From: Candidatus Latescibacterota bacterium
GTDB taxonomy: Bacteria; Latescibacterota; CBDEFO01
Length of the DNA: 64,000 nt
Direction: 5' to 3'
Assembly (NCBI GenBank): GCA_965237525.1
Contig: CBDEFO010000003.1
Span: 352,001-416,000 of the forward strand
In this document: positions 44,300 through 55,069 of the stretch, piece by piece
Layout of the letters: each line of letters begins with the position of its first letter
How positions within the stretch are numbered: position 1 is the first letter of the stretch
The notes under the pieces: generated by a model
The model's input: the letters and a program-made list of their open reading frames with translations, nothing else
What the model was told of the DNA's origin: nothing
The model's database searches: none
Position numbers and translations under genes: made by a program

Positions 44300-44935
44300 A
44301 TGAAGCGGATAATTTCTTATGCCGTTCCGGCACTATTGCTCGCTTTGAATCCGACTATCCATGTACAAATCCTGCTCGGACCTACAGCCACTAGTGTCGG
44401 GAGACAACCTTCGTCAATCTTTACCACGGATTTAGATAGAGATGGAGATAATGACCTGACTGTAGCTCCTGGAACCGCCAATGGTATATCAGTGTTGTTG
44501 AACAATGGAAATGGGACATTTGCAGAACCGGTGAACTATGGTGCTGGGGATAGTCCCTTTTCAATTTACAGTGCGGATTTAGATGGAGATGCAGATAATG
44601 ACTTAGCTGTGGCCAATTTTGATAGCGATGATGTATCGGTGCTGTTAAATAACGGAGACGGGACATTTGCAGACAGGGTGAACTATATAGTTGGGGACGA
44701 TCCCAGATCAGTCTTCAGTGCAGATTAAGTTGGAGATGGGGATAATTACCTGGCTGTGGCTAATAAGGTAATCTTTGATAAGAACACCTTTAAACTCATC
44801 AGTACCGTCCCAGTGTTGTTGAACCTGTCTATTCAACCCTGAGACTCCCATCCATTACGACCTTGCCGCGCGAAGCTGTGTTGATATATCTGTCTATAAT
44901 ATGATGGGACAGAAGGTAGGGCCATTGGTGTCCTG
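44300..44935 (+). pseudogene. FG-GAP/VCBS repeat secreted protein remnant
   Basis: DLDGDADNDLAVAN..VSVLLNNGDG repeats, stop at 44726-44728, eroded FlgD-type tail (ISVYNMMGQKV). Confidence 0.75.
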
Positions 44936-45079
44936 ACGGGGTAACGGGGTATTAGAGGAGGAGACGGCTGTGAATAAGATAAAGGAGAGCAAGACGAAAG
45001 CATTTAATGTCTTATCGTGCATAGCTGTTCTAATCTTGATCGGATGTGGTGATAGTGTCAAGGGATTAGATTCCAGAAG

Positions 45080-45630
45080 CCTATAAGGAAGCCGCCTCGC
45101 TACCTTTCACAAGAAGAGATAGACGCTCTGATTTCGGAGTGTCCACCACATCTTTATCCTATCGTAGTTATCGCTCTTTATACAGGAATGAGAAAAGGAG
45201 AGATATTCAACCTCAAGTGGGGGGATGCAGATTTAAAGCAGGGAGTAACATCGGTCAATAACCGGGAGGACTTCCACACAAAAAACTTTGATAACCGGAT
45301 TATACCGATGCGTCCGGTTGTGAGGTAAGCGCCAAGCAGACATCCACGTTACATCTCCAGCCCTTACGTGTTCTGTAACAAAAACAACGAACCTATAAAG
45401 ATGTAAAAAGAGCTTTGCAGGCGCTCTTACAAGGGCAGGTATTACCAACTTCAGATTTCATGCTCTACGACATACATTCAGCTCGTGGCTTGTAATGTCT
45501 GGTGTTGATCTGGCTACAGCACAGGAACTTATGGGGCATAAGACAATTTCAATGACATTACATTAGGCCCATCTTGCCGCAGGCCCATCTTGCCCCGAGT
45601 CACCTGAAGGATGCCATAGACAAACTGAAT
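45080..45630 (+). pseudogene. tyrosine integrase C-terminal remnant
   Basis: ALYTGMRKGEIFNLKW, FHALRHTFSSWLVMSG, LMGH; the catalytic Tyr codon is now TAG. Confidence 0.88.
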
Positions 45631-45659
45631 CTGAGTGGACACTATTTGGACACCCAGAA

Positions 45660-45706
45660 GAAAAAGAAAAGCACTTAGCTTGGAAGTCAGTTCTTCTAAG
45701 TGCTTT
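45660..45706 (-). terminator. hairpin/terminator downstream of the tRNA
   Basis: AAAGCACTTAG...CTAAGTGCTTT, followed by a T-rich run on the minus strand. Confidence 0.5.
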
Positions 45707-45724
45707 ATTTGGAGTAAGATATAG

Positions 45725-45800
45725 TGGAGCCGGCGAAGGGACTCGAACCCCCGACCTGCTCATTACAAGTGAGCTGCTCTACCAGCTGAGCTACACCGGC
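45725..45800 (-). tRNA. tRNA-Thr(TGT)
   Basis: GCCGGTGTAGCTCAGCTGGTAGAGCAGCTCACT-TGT-AATGAGCAGGTCGGGGGTTCGAGTCCCTTCGCCGGCTCCA; 76 nt with encoded CCA. Confidence 0.97.
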
Positions 45801-45814
45801 CTAAGCTGGAATTA

Positions 45815-45843
45815 AATCTAAACCGTCAGTCTCGATATGTCAA
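45815..45843 (-). promoter_or_regulatory. tRNA promoter
   Basis: Minus strand TTGACA-17 bp-TAGATT. Confidence 0.6.
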
Positions 45844-45869
45844 GCAAAAAAGTAGACAGGGCACCGCGT

Positions 45870-47366
45870 TTAGCTGAATGCTGTCCAGTTGTCTTTGTGT
45901 TTCCATATAGTTCCTTCCGTCCTGTCTTCTAACTCTACTCCCATTGCAGAAAGCTGAACTCTTATCTTATCGGACAGCTCCCACTCTTTCTTCTGTCTCA
46001 TCTTTGACCTAACTTCCACCAGCAGATATATTAGACCATCTATATTCTGTGAATCGTCTTTACCGGCAAATTCCAGTTTCAGGCCTAAGACGTCCGAGAT
46101 CAGTTTCATCCTATTCTGGGCCATTAAAAGTAGTGCCCCTCTGGCCTCGTTCCTCTCCATCTGGGTCACTACATTTGCGCGCTTAGAGAGATCGAACAAT
46201 ACCGAAAGAGCCTGCGGAGCGTTGAAATCGTCATCCATCGCCTTCTCGAATCGTTCTTTCGCACTTTCTGTCTCCTCAAATAGTTCCCTATCCTCGCTTG
46301 ATAACGAAGCCTCACAAATATCTGCCTTCCTTGATGTGCCCTGTGAGGATAGATGGATGTTTCTGGAGGCATTTACCAATCTCTCCAGTCCGCTTTGTGC
46401 ACCTTTAAGCGCTTCTTCTGAGATCTCCACCGGACTTCTGTAGTGACCGCTTAATATCAGCAATCTGACGGCCTGTGGGCTATACTTTTTGAAAGCGTCC
46501 TTTATGGTCAGGAAATTCCCAAGGGACTTGCTCATCTTCACGCCGTCCACAGTCACCATGTTATTGTGCATCCAATACCGCACAAAAGGACTCCCCGTAG
46601 ATCCCTCGCTTTGCGTTATCTCACACTCGTTGTGAGGGAAGATATTTTCCATTCCCCCGCCGTGGATATCGGTCGTCTCTCCCAGGTACTTCATCGCCAT
46701 AGCCGAGCATTCCACGTGCCAGCCTGGATAGCCCCAGCCCCAGGGGCTCGGCCACTTTAATATATGACCCTCCCGAGCTTTCTTCCACAAAGCAAAGTCA
46801 ACAGGGGCCTCCTTTTCGGGATTGACCTTAACTCTGGCGCCCTCTTTAAGCTCCTCTACCTTCCTACCTGAAAGCTTCCCGTACTGGGAAAAACTCGACA
46901 CCCTGAAGTACACAGAACCGTTGACTTCGTAAGCATGCCCTCTTTCAATCAGGGTCTTTATAAGCTCTATCTGCTCGCAGATGTGTCCACTTGCACGGGG
47001 AGAGATATCGGGCCTTAGGACGTTTAAGGCATCCATGTCCTCAAAATAGCTCCTCGTATAGGTCTCGGCTAGTTCCATAGGTTCGACCCTTTCGAGTGCA
47101 GCCCTTTTTATCAGCTTATCCTCACCCTCGTCCGAATCGTCTGTGAGATGCCCTACGTCCGTGATGTTCTGAACATACCTTACCTTATATCCTGAATACC
47201 TTAAATACCTTACAATTACGTCAAAGCTTATGTAACATTTGGCGTGTCCCAAGTGAGCGTGGTCGTAGACCGTAGGACCGCACACATACATACTCACTCT
47301 GCCCTTCCTTAAAGGCTCAAACTCCTCTTTTTTCCTCGTCAGGCTGTTGTACACCATCAGAGCCAT
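45870..47366 (-). CDS. cysS: cysteine--tRNA ligase
   Basis: [23 protein letters not shown]. Confidence 0.97.
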   Translation of the reverse strand: MALMVYNSLTRKKEEFEPLRKGRVSMYVCGPTVYDHAHLGHAKCYISFDVIVRYLRYSGYKVRYVQNITDVGHLTDDSDEGEDKLIKRAALERVEPMELAETYTRSYFEDMDALNVLRPDISPRASGHICEQIELIKTLIERGHAYEVNGSVYFRVSSFSQYGKLSGRKVEELKEGARVKVNPEKEAPVDFALWKKAREGHILKWPSPWGWGYPGWHVECSAMAMKYLGETTDIHGGGMENIFPHNECEITQSEGSTGSPFVRYWMHNNMVTVDGVKMSKSLGNFLTIKDAFKKYSPQAVRLLILSGHYRSPVEISEEALKGAQSGLERLVNASRNIHLSSQGTSRKADICEASLSSEDRELFEETESAKERFEKAMDDDFNAPQALSVLFDLSKRANVVTQMERNEARGALLLMAQNRMKLISDVLGLKLEFAGKDDSQNIDGLIYLLVEVRSKMRQKKEWELSDKIRVQLSAMGVELEDRTEGTIWKHKDNWTAFS

Positions 47367-47397
47367 TTCAGTCTCCCGATAGACATTCTTTTACCGT

Positions 47398-48006
47398 CTA
47401 CAGTTGAACTTTTCTTTTGCGCCAGTAGAGGACAGACCCGACGCAGACCAAAAGTGCCATAATTATAAAAGCTGCTGTGTTATACCTTCTCAAGAGCTGG
47501 GCAGCCATTTCCCAGTTTTCTCCCGCTATCAGCCCGGCACATACCAAAAGTCCGTTCCATATGATCATCCCTACAGAACCGTAGAGGGCTATCTTGCCTG
47601 CTGACATCTTGCTTGCCCCTGCAAGGGGGGAGATCATCGACCTGACTCCTGGAAGGAACCTGTTAATCAGTATCACTTTATATCCGTATCTGCTCAGCCA
47701 CCTTTGCGCCTTCGCTGTGTTCTTGGGGGAAAAGAGCCTCTTTCTCCTCTCATCTGAGAAGAACGCATTACCCAGATAGAGTCCGACGTAATATACGAAC
47801 ATAAACCCCAGAATACTCCCGAGAAGGGCCGCGCTGATCATTGGAGTCAGCTTCAAGACCCCTATCCCGACTAAATAGGCCCCGAAAATTGTCACAAGAT
47901 CGCCCGGTACGGGAGGGACAACGTTCTCCAAGAAAGAATTCAAAAATAAGAGGATGTAGATAGTCTCTGGGCCCAGGGATGATATGAAGTTTGTAACTTC
48001 CTGCAC
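47398..48006 (-). CDS. DedA family membrane protein
   Basis: EN..PP.PGD, RFLPGVR. Confidence 0.9.
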   Translation of the reverse strand: MQEVTNFISSLGPETIYILLFLNSFLENVVPPVPGDLVTIFGAYLVGIGVLKLTPMISAALLGSILGFMFVYYVGLYLGNAFFSDERRKRLFSPKNTAKAQRWLSRYGYKVILINRFLPGVRSMISPLAGASKMSAGKIALYGSVGMIIWNGLLVCAGLIAGENWEMAAQLLRRYNTAAFIIMALLVCVGSVLYWRKRKVQL

Positions 48007-48173
48007 TTATTGCCCCCGAAATAAGTAGAAAAGGCACATGCTCTTCCCATGAGTTTGCTTCGGGTTTGGGACCTCGCAATAACCAAAAGCCGAAGATATG
48101 CACCGTCATTGCCATCCCCGAATGAAGCCCCAATAGATTCAATTGGGGGTCGGGGATGGCAAAGCAACCTCAC

Positions 48174-48644
48174 TTAGAATGCCTTTCCCTGTACACTTTC
48201 TACTGATTTATGGCGGACAGTGCCGCCGACAACTATTCCAGCACTGATCAAAATCAAATTTTTGATAATATACTGCCCTGCAAGGGTAAGACCGTAAGGA
48301 AAATGGGTAAAACACACGTCAGGTAACAGGACTAAAGGGAGCATTGTCCCCGGCATCTGCAAGAAAAGCAAAAAAAGAGCGGCGCGGATAAGCGGACGAA
48401 ACAGCAAGCCCACGCCGATGGCTACCTCCCACCATCCAAGGATAGGAACGAATAGATCAGGAGGTAACCAATAGACTGTCCTTTTTGCCAGTTCTGCCGC
48501 GGGGCTGATCCCTAAAGGCTTTAATATTCCAAACCAGATGAATATGATCCCCAGGGACATTCTAAGAAGAAAGTGACCGTACCTTCTCATCCATCCGGCA
48601 ATGGACCGATCAATCTGGTCAAACGCTGTAAACATATTTGCCAC
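48174..48644 (-). CDS. DoxX/YkgB-like membrane protein
   Basis: LR.SLGIIFIWFGILK, GQYIIKNL. Confidence 0.8.
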   Translation of the reverse strand: MANMFTAFDQIDRSIAGWMRRYGHFLLRMSLGIIFIWFGILKPLGISPAAELAKRTVYWLPPDLFVPILGWWEVAIGVGLLFRPLIRAALFLLFLQMPGTMLPLVLLPDVCFTHFPYGLTLAGQYIIKNLILISAGIVVGGTVRHKSVESVQGKAF

Positions 48645-48746
48645 TCTTGCCCGGTCCCCCCAAAGTTACCCATGTCAGACATGCCTGTCTGACATGAAAC
48701 AGAAACAGAGCTGAATTTCTGTCGACCAATGACGGGGAAAAAGAAA

Positions 48747-49919
48747 CTATACGATATTAAGAGCGGCGTTGATATCGTCCTGATAGACTGTATGCCGATC
48801 TTCTATAACATCGGTGACTAAAAGAGGTCGATTTTGTGCTGAGGATTCGATCACAGCGTAGGATAAAGCCATTGCTTCCAGCCCCGACTGTCCATCGGTT
48901 TCAAACTCCACCTCTCCATTGATAGCTCTGAGGAACTCGAGCAACTCCAATGTGACTGGATTGGTTAATCCTCCGGGAAACTGGGATTTTTTGAGTTCTG
49001 TTGGCGCGTTTGCCTTGTAATATTCGACTAGGCCGATTCTCTTCCCGCCATCGAGGAAGAGCGTGTCCTCCTTCAGACATCCCTCTTCGCCGTAGATGGT
49101 GTAAGGGACGCTTGTGGTCTCTGCCCCGTGTCCCCACAAGGTCAGGACCCACACTCCTGTTGCACCGCATTCGAACTCCAAAAGTGAGAACGACGCATCC
49201 TCCACGCTATTCTCAAAGGGCTCAGATTTGATACCTAATTCGTCGCGAAGATATCGGAACGGAACGAAATGTCGCGCCATTCCGAAGACCTGTTTGACCT
49301 CTCCAATATGAAGCCTGAAAAGATCGGCGTGGTGTACGCCCATATCCAGCACCCATCCCGCTCCGGCATCCATCTTTCGATGTCTCCAGGGAGTTCCTGC
49401 GACGACGGAATCGGGAACACCCTCAATACCGACCTGAATCATTATCTTCGGCTCTCCGAGCAGCCCCCCATCGATAACGTACTTTCGAGCGCGCTGATTC
49501 AACGCGCGTCTGGTATTTTCCGCTACTCCTAAGATCCTACCTGTCCTCTTAGCCGTTTCGATCATACGGCGGCCTGCGCGGATAGTTATGGCAAAAGGCT
49601 TCTCCACCATGCAATCTATCCCGGCCTCCAGAGAGTCGATGGCGATATTGTGGTGGCTCTTATGATCCGTTACTATATCCACCGCGTCCACTATCCTTTC
49701 ATCGAGCATCTGACGATAGTCAGTAAATATCTTAGGGCGATATCCGAGTCGCTCCTCTGCGGTATCTGCAGCGATCTGGGCACGCTCCTCTACTATGTCG
49801 CATACGGCTGTCAACTCGCCGATATTAAACCCTGAATGAACCATGTCCTTGAGACATTTTGACCTTGACTGTGCCATCGAGCCAGTGCCGATAATGCCTA
49901 TACGAACTCTTTGGCTCAT
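48747..49919 (-). CDS. Gfo/Idh/MocA oxidoreductase
   Basis: IGTG, VEKP, DMGVH. Confidence 0.9.
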   Translation of the reverse strand: MSQRVRIGIIGTGSMAQSRSKCLKDMVHSGFNIGELTAVCDIVEERAQIAADTAEERLGYRPKIFTDYRQMLDERIVDAVDIVTDHKSHHNIAIDSLEAGIDCMVEKPFAITIRAGRRMIETAKRTGRILGVAENTRRALNQRARKYVIDGGLLGEPKIMIQVGIEGVPDSVVAGTPWRHRKMDAGAGWVLDMGVHHADLFRLHIGEVKQVFGMARHFVPFRYLRDELGIKSEPFENSVEDASFSLLEFECGATGVWVLTLWGHGAETTSVPYTIYGEEGCLKEDTLFLDGGKRIGLVEYYKANAPTELKKSQFPGGLTNPVTLELLEFLRAINGEVEFETDGQSGLEAMALSYAVIESSAQNRPLLVTDVIEDRHTVYQDDINAALNIV

Positions 49920-50143
49920 TGAACTTTGACCTGTCTTTCAACTTCTGTTCCCGCGATGAGTTCCCTAAAATCGATGCCTAAGATACGGGCTAACTTCTTG
50001 ACCACCTCCACTCTCGGAACGAAGCCGTGGTCTATCTTGCTCAGGTAACCCTGGGCTATCCCCGCCTTTTCAGAAAGCTCTTTTTTGTCTATTCCTTTTT
50101 CTTTGATAATCTTATTGAGTCGCTCACTGATCGATCCCTCCAT
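49916..50143 (-). CDS. XRE-family HTH regulator
   Basis: ELSEKAGIAQGYLSKID..P; ATGA overlap with the next gene. Confidence 0.85.
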   Translation of the reverse strand: MEGSISERLNKIIKEKGIDKKELSEKAGIAQGYLSKIDHGFVPRVEVVKKLARILGIDFRELIAGTEVERQVKVQ

Positions 50144-50168
50144 GGCTTGTCCTCCTTGTGGGATTGCT

Positions 50169-51359
50169 TCAATCTTTCAGACTGTGATGCACCGTAGATA
50201 CAGCGTAAGCCCCTATGCCTTCGCCTCTGCCTGTATAGCCTAATCCCTCAGTCGTCGTTGCCTTTACAGAGATTCTGTCCTTATCTATGCCCAGGGCGTC
50301 GGCTATGTTCTTGCGCATTTGAGATATGAACTTTGAGACTTTCGGCCTCTGCGCAGCAATAGTAGAATCCACGTTCACAATGCAAAAGCCTCTATCATCC
50401 AATATCTTCCTTACGCTCTCCAGAATAATCAGACTCGAGATACCTTCAAATTCGGGGTCAGAATCGGGGAAATGTCTTCCGATGTCGCCTAAAGCTGCAG
50501 CGCCTAAAAGGGAATCCGCAATGGCGTGACAGAGCACGTCCCCATCCGAATGACCCAAAAGCCCCATTGCAAAAGGAATCTGAACTCCGCCTAATATCAG
50601 CTTTCTGTCATCTTGGAGCCTGTGAACGTCGAATCCGTGACCTATCCTCAAATTCGGAGCGCCTGTTCTATTGGCGCTCTCCATCCTGCCCAAGATCAAC
50701 TTTCCGACCTCCATATCCTCAGGCGTAGTAATCTTTATGTTATCGTATGACCCCTCCACAATCCCTACGCCATGTCCTAACCTCTCAACCAAAGCCGCCT
50801 CATCAGTCCCGTAGAATCCATCTTCAAGCGCCCTTTCAAATGCCCTTTCTAATATCGTCCTCTCGAATACCTGGGGAGTCTGTGCGCACCATAGACTTTC
50901 TCTGTCCAGAGTGCACTCCACAACTTTATCCCTGCAGAACTTCACCGTATCAACAGCCCGAACAGCCACGATAACAGCCCCCGCATCTTTGCAAAGCTCC
51001 ACAGCCTTATCGATCAAGTCCGGTTCTATAAATGGCCTCACAGCGTCGTGAACGACAACTATATCGATGTCCTTTTCTAAAACCTTCAGCCCCTCGTAGA
51101 CAGAATCTTGTCTCTGTCTACCGCCAGTCACAACCTTTGAGACTTTTCCGAATCCCAATCCAACCTCATCCCGGCATAGTTCCACATATCCTTTTGGGGC
51201 AACTACCACCACTCTGTCTATTGACTTGCAGTCTTCAAATTTTTTGAGCGTATGAGCCAGAATCGTCCTCCCGCACAACTTTCTGAACTGCTTTGCTCTT
51301 TTTTCTCCCATCCTAACCCCCGCCCCAGCCGCAGGAATGACAGCCCCGACCACAGACAA
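50169..51359 (-). CDS. ispDF: bifunctional IspD/IspF
   Basis: AAGAG.RM, HDAVRP, QTPQ; GHGFDVH, GHSDGD, KATTTE. Confidence 0.96.
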   Translation of the reverse strand: MSVVGAVIPAAGAGVRMGEKRAKQFRKLCGRTILAHTLKKFEDCKSIDRVVVVAPKGYVELCRDEVGLGFGKVSKVVTGGRQRQDSVYEGLKVLEKDIDIVVVHDAVRPFIEPDLIDKAVELCKDAGAVIVAVRAVDTVKFCRDKVVECTLDRESLWCAQTPQVFERTILERAFERALEDGFYGTDEAALVERLGHGVGIVEGSYDNIKITTPEDMEVGKLILGRMESANRTGAPNLRIGHGFDVHRLQDDRKLILGGVQIPFAMGLLGHSDGDVLCHAIADSLLGAAALGDIGRHFPDSDPEFEGISSLIILESVRKILDDRGFCIVNVDSTIAAQRPKVSKFISQMRKNIADALGIDKDRISVKATTTEGLGYTGRGEGIGAYAVSTVHHSLKD

Positions 51360-51517
51360 ATTTTGGATCCTTCAAGATTATATTTTTCGACTACAGGTGC
51401 AGTCATCAGATATGTTCAGATAGTTCGTATTTCGTCTTTGAGACGTTTCTACTCAATGGAAGAATGTTGCAACCACAGCAAATCGGTTCCACATACGATA
51501 TCTTGGCTTTGACAGCT

Positions 51518-51546
51518 AAGATAAGAAAGAAGTTACCGGATGTCAA
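51518..51546 (-). promoter_or_regulatory. sigma70-type promoter upstream of ispDF
   Basis: Minus strand TTGACA-17 bp-TATCTT. Confidence 0.55.
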
Positions 51547-51696
51547 TAAGAGACCTTATGTAAACTCCTATCTCGAAGAACACTCGATGTTAGGGCCAGT
51601 CGACACCAATTTCTGAGCACTTCGGAGAGAGCTTGTGGGAAGTGAACCATTCTTAGGGGTTGATTTGACAACTCACGGTTCTTACAGTTACTAAAA

Positions 51697-53215
51697 AAGC
51701 CTTGTGAAATAGTTATGTCCCAGGCAGCGTCTGAAGCGCCGATTATGGGTCAAAGAGTAGCATATCGTATCGTTTTGCTGTGGAATAAGCAAAATAGTCT
51801 TATCAGAGTTCTGGTCAGCAAGGAACAGGAGCTGTTTGAAGAACAGGATGCACTGTCTTTGACAGACAGGGCACACATAGACGCTTTCCCCCTTCTTATG
51901 AAAGATACAAGCCTCTTGAGATTCTGTACTGTTGCAACAAGATTCAACTGTTCATTCAGTGAGGCTGGTCCTCTGTAACGGGCTCGTCCCATACCGTGTT
52001 GTTGCCTGGCTTCAGCAAAGATATGTTCACTGCGTTTACGGAGTCTCCGGGAGAGTTTGTAGTCAGCTGTTAATGAGATAGACCGTGCATGATTTCTGGC
52101 TTTCGCCTCTCGCACTTTTCTATCCCGTTCGGCCTGAATATGTGCTGAATTTGTCTTGTTTTTCCATGTAGGAATCGGTTCAATCTTCTCATCGGCTCGC
52201 AGAGGAATATGGGGTATGATTCCCCGGTCAAGTACATCAGCGATAAAATTACCAGAACCGTAACCGGTATCGGCACTAAGTGTCTGAATGTCTTTGGGCA
52301 TGGTGTATGTTTCAAGGTCATCTACCATCTTAAGGGCACTTTCGGGCTCTGCTGTCCCTGTCGCCTGCGTGCCCTGAGTCTCAAGGATTACTCTGCTTTT
52401 TGTGTCGATCAGATCATGGCCCATAAACGAGAGAAAAGCCCCTTTGCCCTTCGATTTGCTGTATAAGCGCGCGTCGGGGTCTGTAGTCGAACGGTGTGTT
52501 TGGTTCGTCCACTTTTCACCATGAAAGTCTTTATCCTGAGGATGCCCGGACCTACCCTTTGTCTTATCACCTTCAAAACCGATTCCCTTGAGATAATCAT
52601 CAAGAGAAACAGGGGGTTCTATCGGCTCAATACTTTTCACTGAAGCATCAGCTTGTATCTGAGTGCCGTCGACACTAAGGTGTTTACCGCTCACAAGACC
52701 GACATCTATGCAACACTGGACTACCTGACGCATTATCCGTTCAAACAACCCACTGGATGCCCACTTGTGATTGCGAAGCTTGTTGATCGTGCTCCTATCC
52801 GGAACCGCATCATCAAATGTCTGATGACAAAACAACCGATATGCCGCATGCATCCCCACTTCCTGACAGAGCCGATTCTCACTCAAATTATACAGATAGC
52901 CAATAAGGATCATTCGAACAACTAATTCAGGATCAATACCGGGTCTGCCATTGTCAGGGCAATAACAATCTGATACAACGTCTCGTACAAATGAAAAATC
53001 AACTGCCTCATCAATCTGACGAAGGATATGATCCTCGGGAACTAAATCCTCCATCTGAAAATAGTGAAACATCGGATTTGTCTGTTCCTGCTTTTGTGGG
53101 GTCATTGTTTCCTCCATGTATAATATTATCAATAACATAATATAATACATCGGAGCTGCTTTATCAATGCTTGTTCTATACTACTTTCTGAATCTAAGGG
53201 TTTTTCACAAGGCTT
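51697..53215 (-). mobile_element. IS1182-family element, copy 3 (1519 bp), no target duplication
   Basis: Same IRs; flanks AAAA (left) and TTAG (right). Confidence 0.95.
51750..53105 (-). CDS. IS1182-family transposase
   Basis: Near-identical to the other copies. Confidence 0.92.
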   Translation of the reverse strand: MTPQKQEQTNPMFHYFQMEDLVPEDHILRQIDEAVDFSFVRDVVSDCYCPDNGRPGIDPELVVRMILIGYLYNLSENRLCQEVGMHAAYRLFCHQTFDDAVPDRSTINKLRNHKWASSGLFERIMRQVVQCCIDVGLVSGKHLSVDGTQIQADASVKSIEPIEPPVSLDDYLKGIGFEGDKTKGRSGHPQDKDFHGEKWTNQTHRSTTDPDARLYSKSKGKGAFLSFMGHDLIDTKSRVILETQGTQATGTAEPESALKMVDDLETYTMPKDIQTLSADTGYGSGNFIADVLDRGIIPHIPLRADEKIEPIPTWKNKTNSAHIQAERDRKVREAKARNHARSISLTADYKLSRRLRKRSEHIFAEARQQHGMGRARYRGPASLNEQLNLVATVQNLKRLVSFIRRGKASMCALSVKDSASCSSNSSCSLLTRTLIRLFCLFHSKTIRYATL

Positions 53216-53243
53216 TTAGTGTCTTATGCTCTTAAACTTTTGC

Positions 53244-53272
53244 TTGACTTTGCATCGCCATAGTGTTATACT
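53244..53272 (+). promoter_or_regulatory. extended -10 sigma70 promoter between IS copies 3 and 4
   Basis: TTGACT-17 bp-TATACT with TG-n immediately before the -10. Confidence 0.65.
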
Positions 53273-53459
53273 ATTAGCCTGTGTGTCTGTCCCTGAATAG
53301 CTACTCTAGAAATTTACCTATATGTCGAAGGCGATGGGGAACTTTTTCAGAAAAACTCCCAATTTTGCCTTCTAACTGGAAGGGTTTTTAGAATCACCGT
53401 ATCGATACTTCTTGTCCTTAAGTAAGAAGATACTTGATGTGTTTTTTGATAGGTATTAG

Positions 53460-54978
53460 AAGCCTTGTGAAATAGTTATGTCCCAGGCAGCGTCTGAAGC
53501 GCCGATTATGGGTCAAAGAGTAGCATATCGTATCGTTTTGCTGTGGAATAAGCAAAATAGTCTTATCAGAGTTCTGGTCAGCAAGGAACAGGAGCTGTTT
53601 GAAGAACAGGATGCACTGTCTTTGACAGACAGGGCACACATAGACGCTTTCCCCCTTCTTATGAAAGATACAAGCCTCTTGAGATTCTGTACTGTTGCAA
53701 CAAGATTCAACTGTTCATTCAGTGAGGCTGGTCCTCTATAACGGGCTCGTCCCATACCGTGTTGTTGCCTGGCTTCAGCAAAGATATGTTCACTGCGTTT
53801 ACGGAGTCTCCGGGAGAGTTTGTAGTCAGCTGTTAATGAGATAGACCGTGCATGATTTCTGGCTTTCGCCTCTCGCACTTTTCTATCCCGTTCGGCCTGA
53901 ATATGTGCTGAATTTGTCTTGTTTTTCCATGTAGGAATCGGTTCAATCTTCTCATCGGCTCGCAGAGGAATATGGGGTATGATTCCCCGGTCAAGTACAT
54001 CAGCGATAAAATTACCAGAACCGTAACCGGTATCGGCACTAAGTGTCTGAATGTCTTTGGGCATGGTGTATGTTTCAAGGTCATCTACCATCTTAAGGGC
54101 ACTTTCGGGCTCTGCTGTCCCTGTCGCCTGCGTGCCCTGAGTCTCAAGGATTACTCTGCTTTTTGTGTCGATCAGATCATGGCCCATAAACGAGAGAAAA
54201 GCCCCTTTGCCCTTCGATTTGCTGTATAAGCGCGCGTCGGGGTCTGTAGTCGAACGGTGTGTTTGGTTCGTCCACTTTTCACCATGAAAGTCTTTATCCT
54301 GAGGATGCCCGGACCTACCCTTTGTCTTATCACCTTCAAAACCGATTCCCTTGAGATAATCATCAAGAGAAACAGGGGGTTCTATCGGCTCAATACTTTT
54401 CACTGAAGCATCAGCTTGTATCTGAGTGCCGTCGACACTAAGGTGTTTACCGCTCACAAGACCGACATCTATGCAACACTGGACTACCTGACGCATTATC
54501 CGTTCAAACAACCCACTGGATGCCCACTTGTGATTGCGAAGCTTGTTGATCGTGCTCCTATCCGGAACCGCATCATCAAATGTCTGATGACAAAACAACC
54601 GATATGCCGCATGCATCCCCACTTCCTGACAGAGCTGATTCTCACTCAAATTATACAGATAGCCAATAAGGATCATTCGAACAACTAATTCAGGATCAAT
54701 ACCGGGTCTGCCATTGTCAGGGCAATAACAATCTGATACAACGTCTCGTACAAATGAAAAATCAACTGCCTCATCAATCTGACGAAGGATATGATCCTCG
54801 GGAACTAAATCCTCCATCTGAAAATAGTGAAACATCGGATTTGTCTGTTCCTGCTTTTGTGGGGTCATTGTTTCCTCCATGTATAATATTATCAATAACA
54901 TAATATAATACATCGGAGCTGCTTTATCAATGCTTGTTCTATACTACTTTCTGAATCTAAGGGTTTTTCACAAGGCTT
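53460..54978 (-). mobile_element. IS1182-family element, copy 4 (1519 bp)
   Basis: Same IRs; TTAG duplication (CTAA on the IS strand). Confidence 0.95.
53513..54868 (-). CDS. IS1182-family transposase
   Basis: Near-identical to the other copies (one private R->Q change). Confidence 0.92.
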   Translation of the reverse strand: MTPQKQEQTNPMFHYFQMEDLVPEDHILRQIDEAVDFSFVRDVVSDCYCPDNGRPGIDPELVVRMILIGYLYNLSENQLCQEVGMHAAYRLFCHQTFDDAVPDRSTINKLRNHKWASSGLFERIMRQVVQCCIDVGLVSGKHLSVDGTQIQADASVKSIEPIEPPVSLDDYLKGIGFEGDKTKGRSGHPQDKDFHGEKWTNQTHRSTTDPDARLYSKSKGKGAFLSFMGHDLIDTKSRVILETQGTQATGTAEPESALKMVDDLETYTMPKDIQTLSADTGYGSGNFIADVLDRGIIPHIPLRADEKIEPIPTWKNKTNSAHIQAERDRKVREAKARNHARSISLTADYKLSRRLRKRSEHIFAEARQQHGMGRARYRGPASLNEQLNLVATVQNLKRLVSFIRRGKASMCALSVKDSASCSSNSSCSLLTRTLIRLFCLFHSKTIRYATL

Positions 54979-55069
54979 TTAGGCCATTGATTTTATTATA
55001 TTCAAAGTAACCTTTAGCTTTCGGTATGGTTGCTGATTGCATATACTTTGGATGAAAGGATAGATTACT

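Noticed and set aside
55027..55041. sigma54 promoter (TGG..TTGC)
   Set aside because: GG-GC spacing is 9 bp rather than the required 10.
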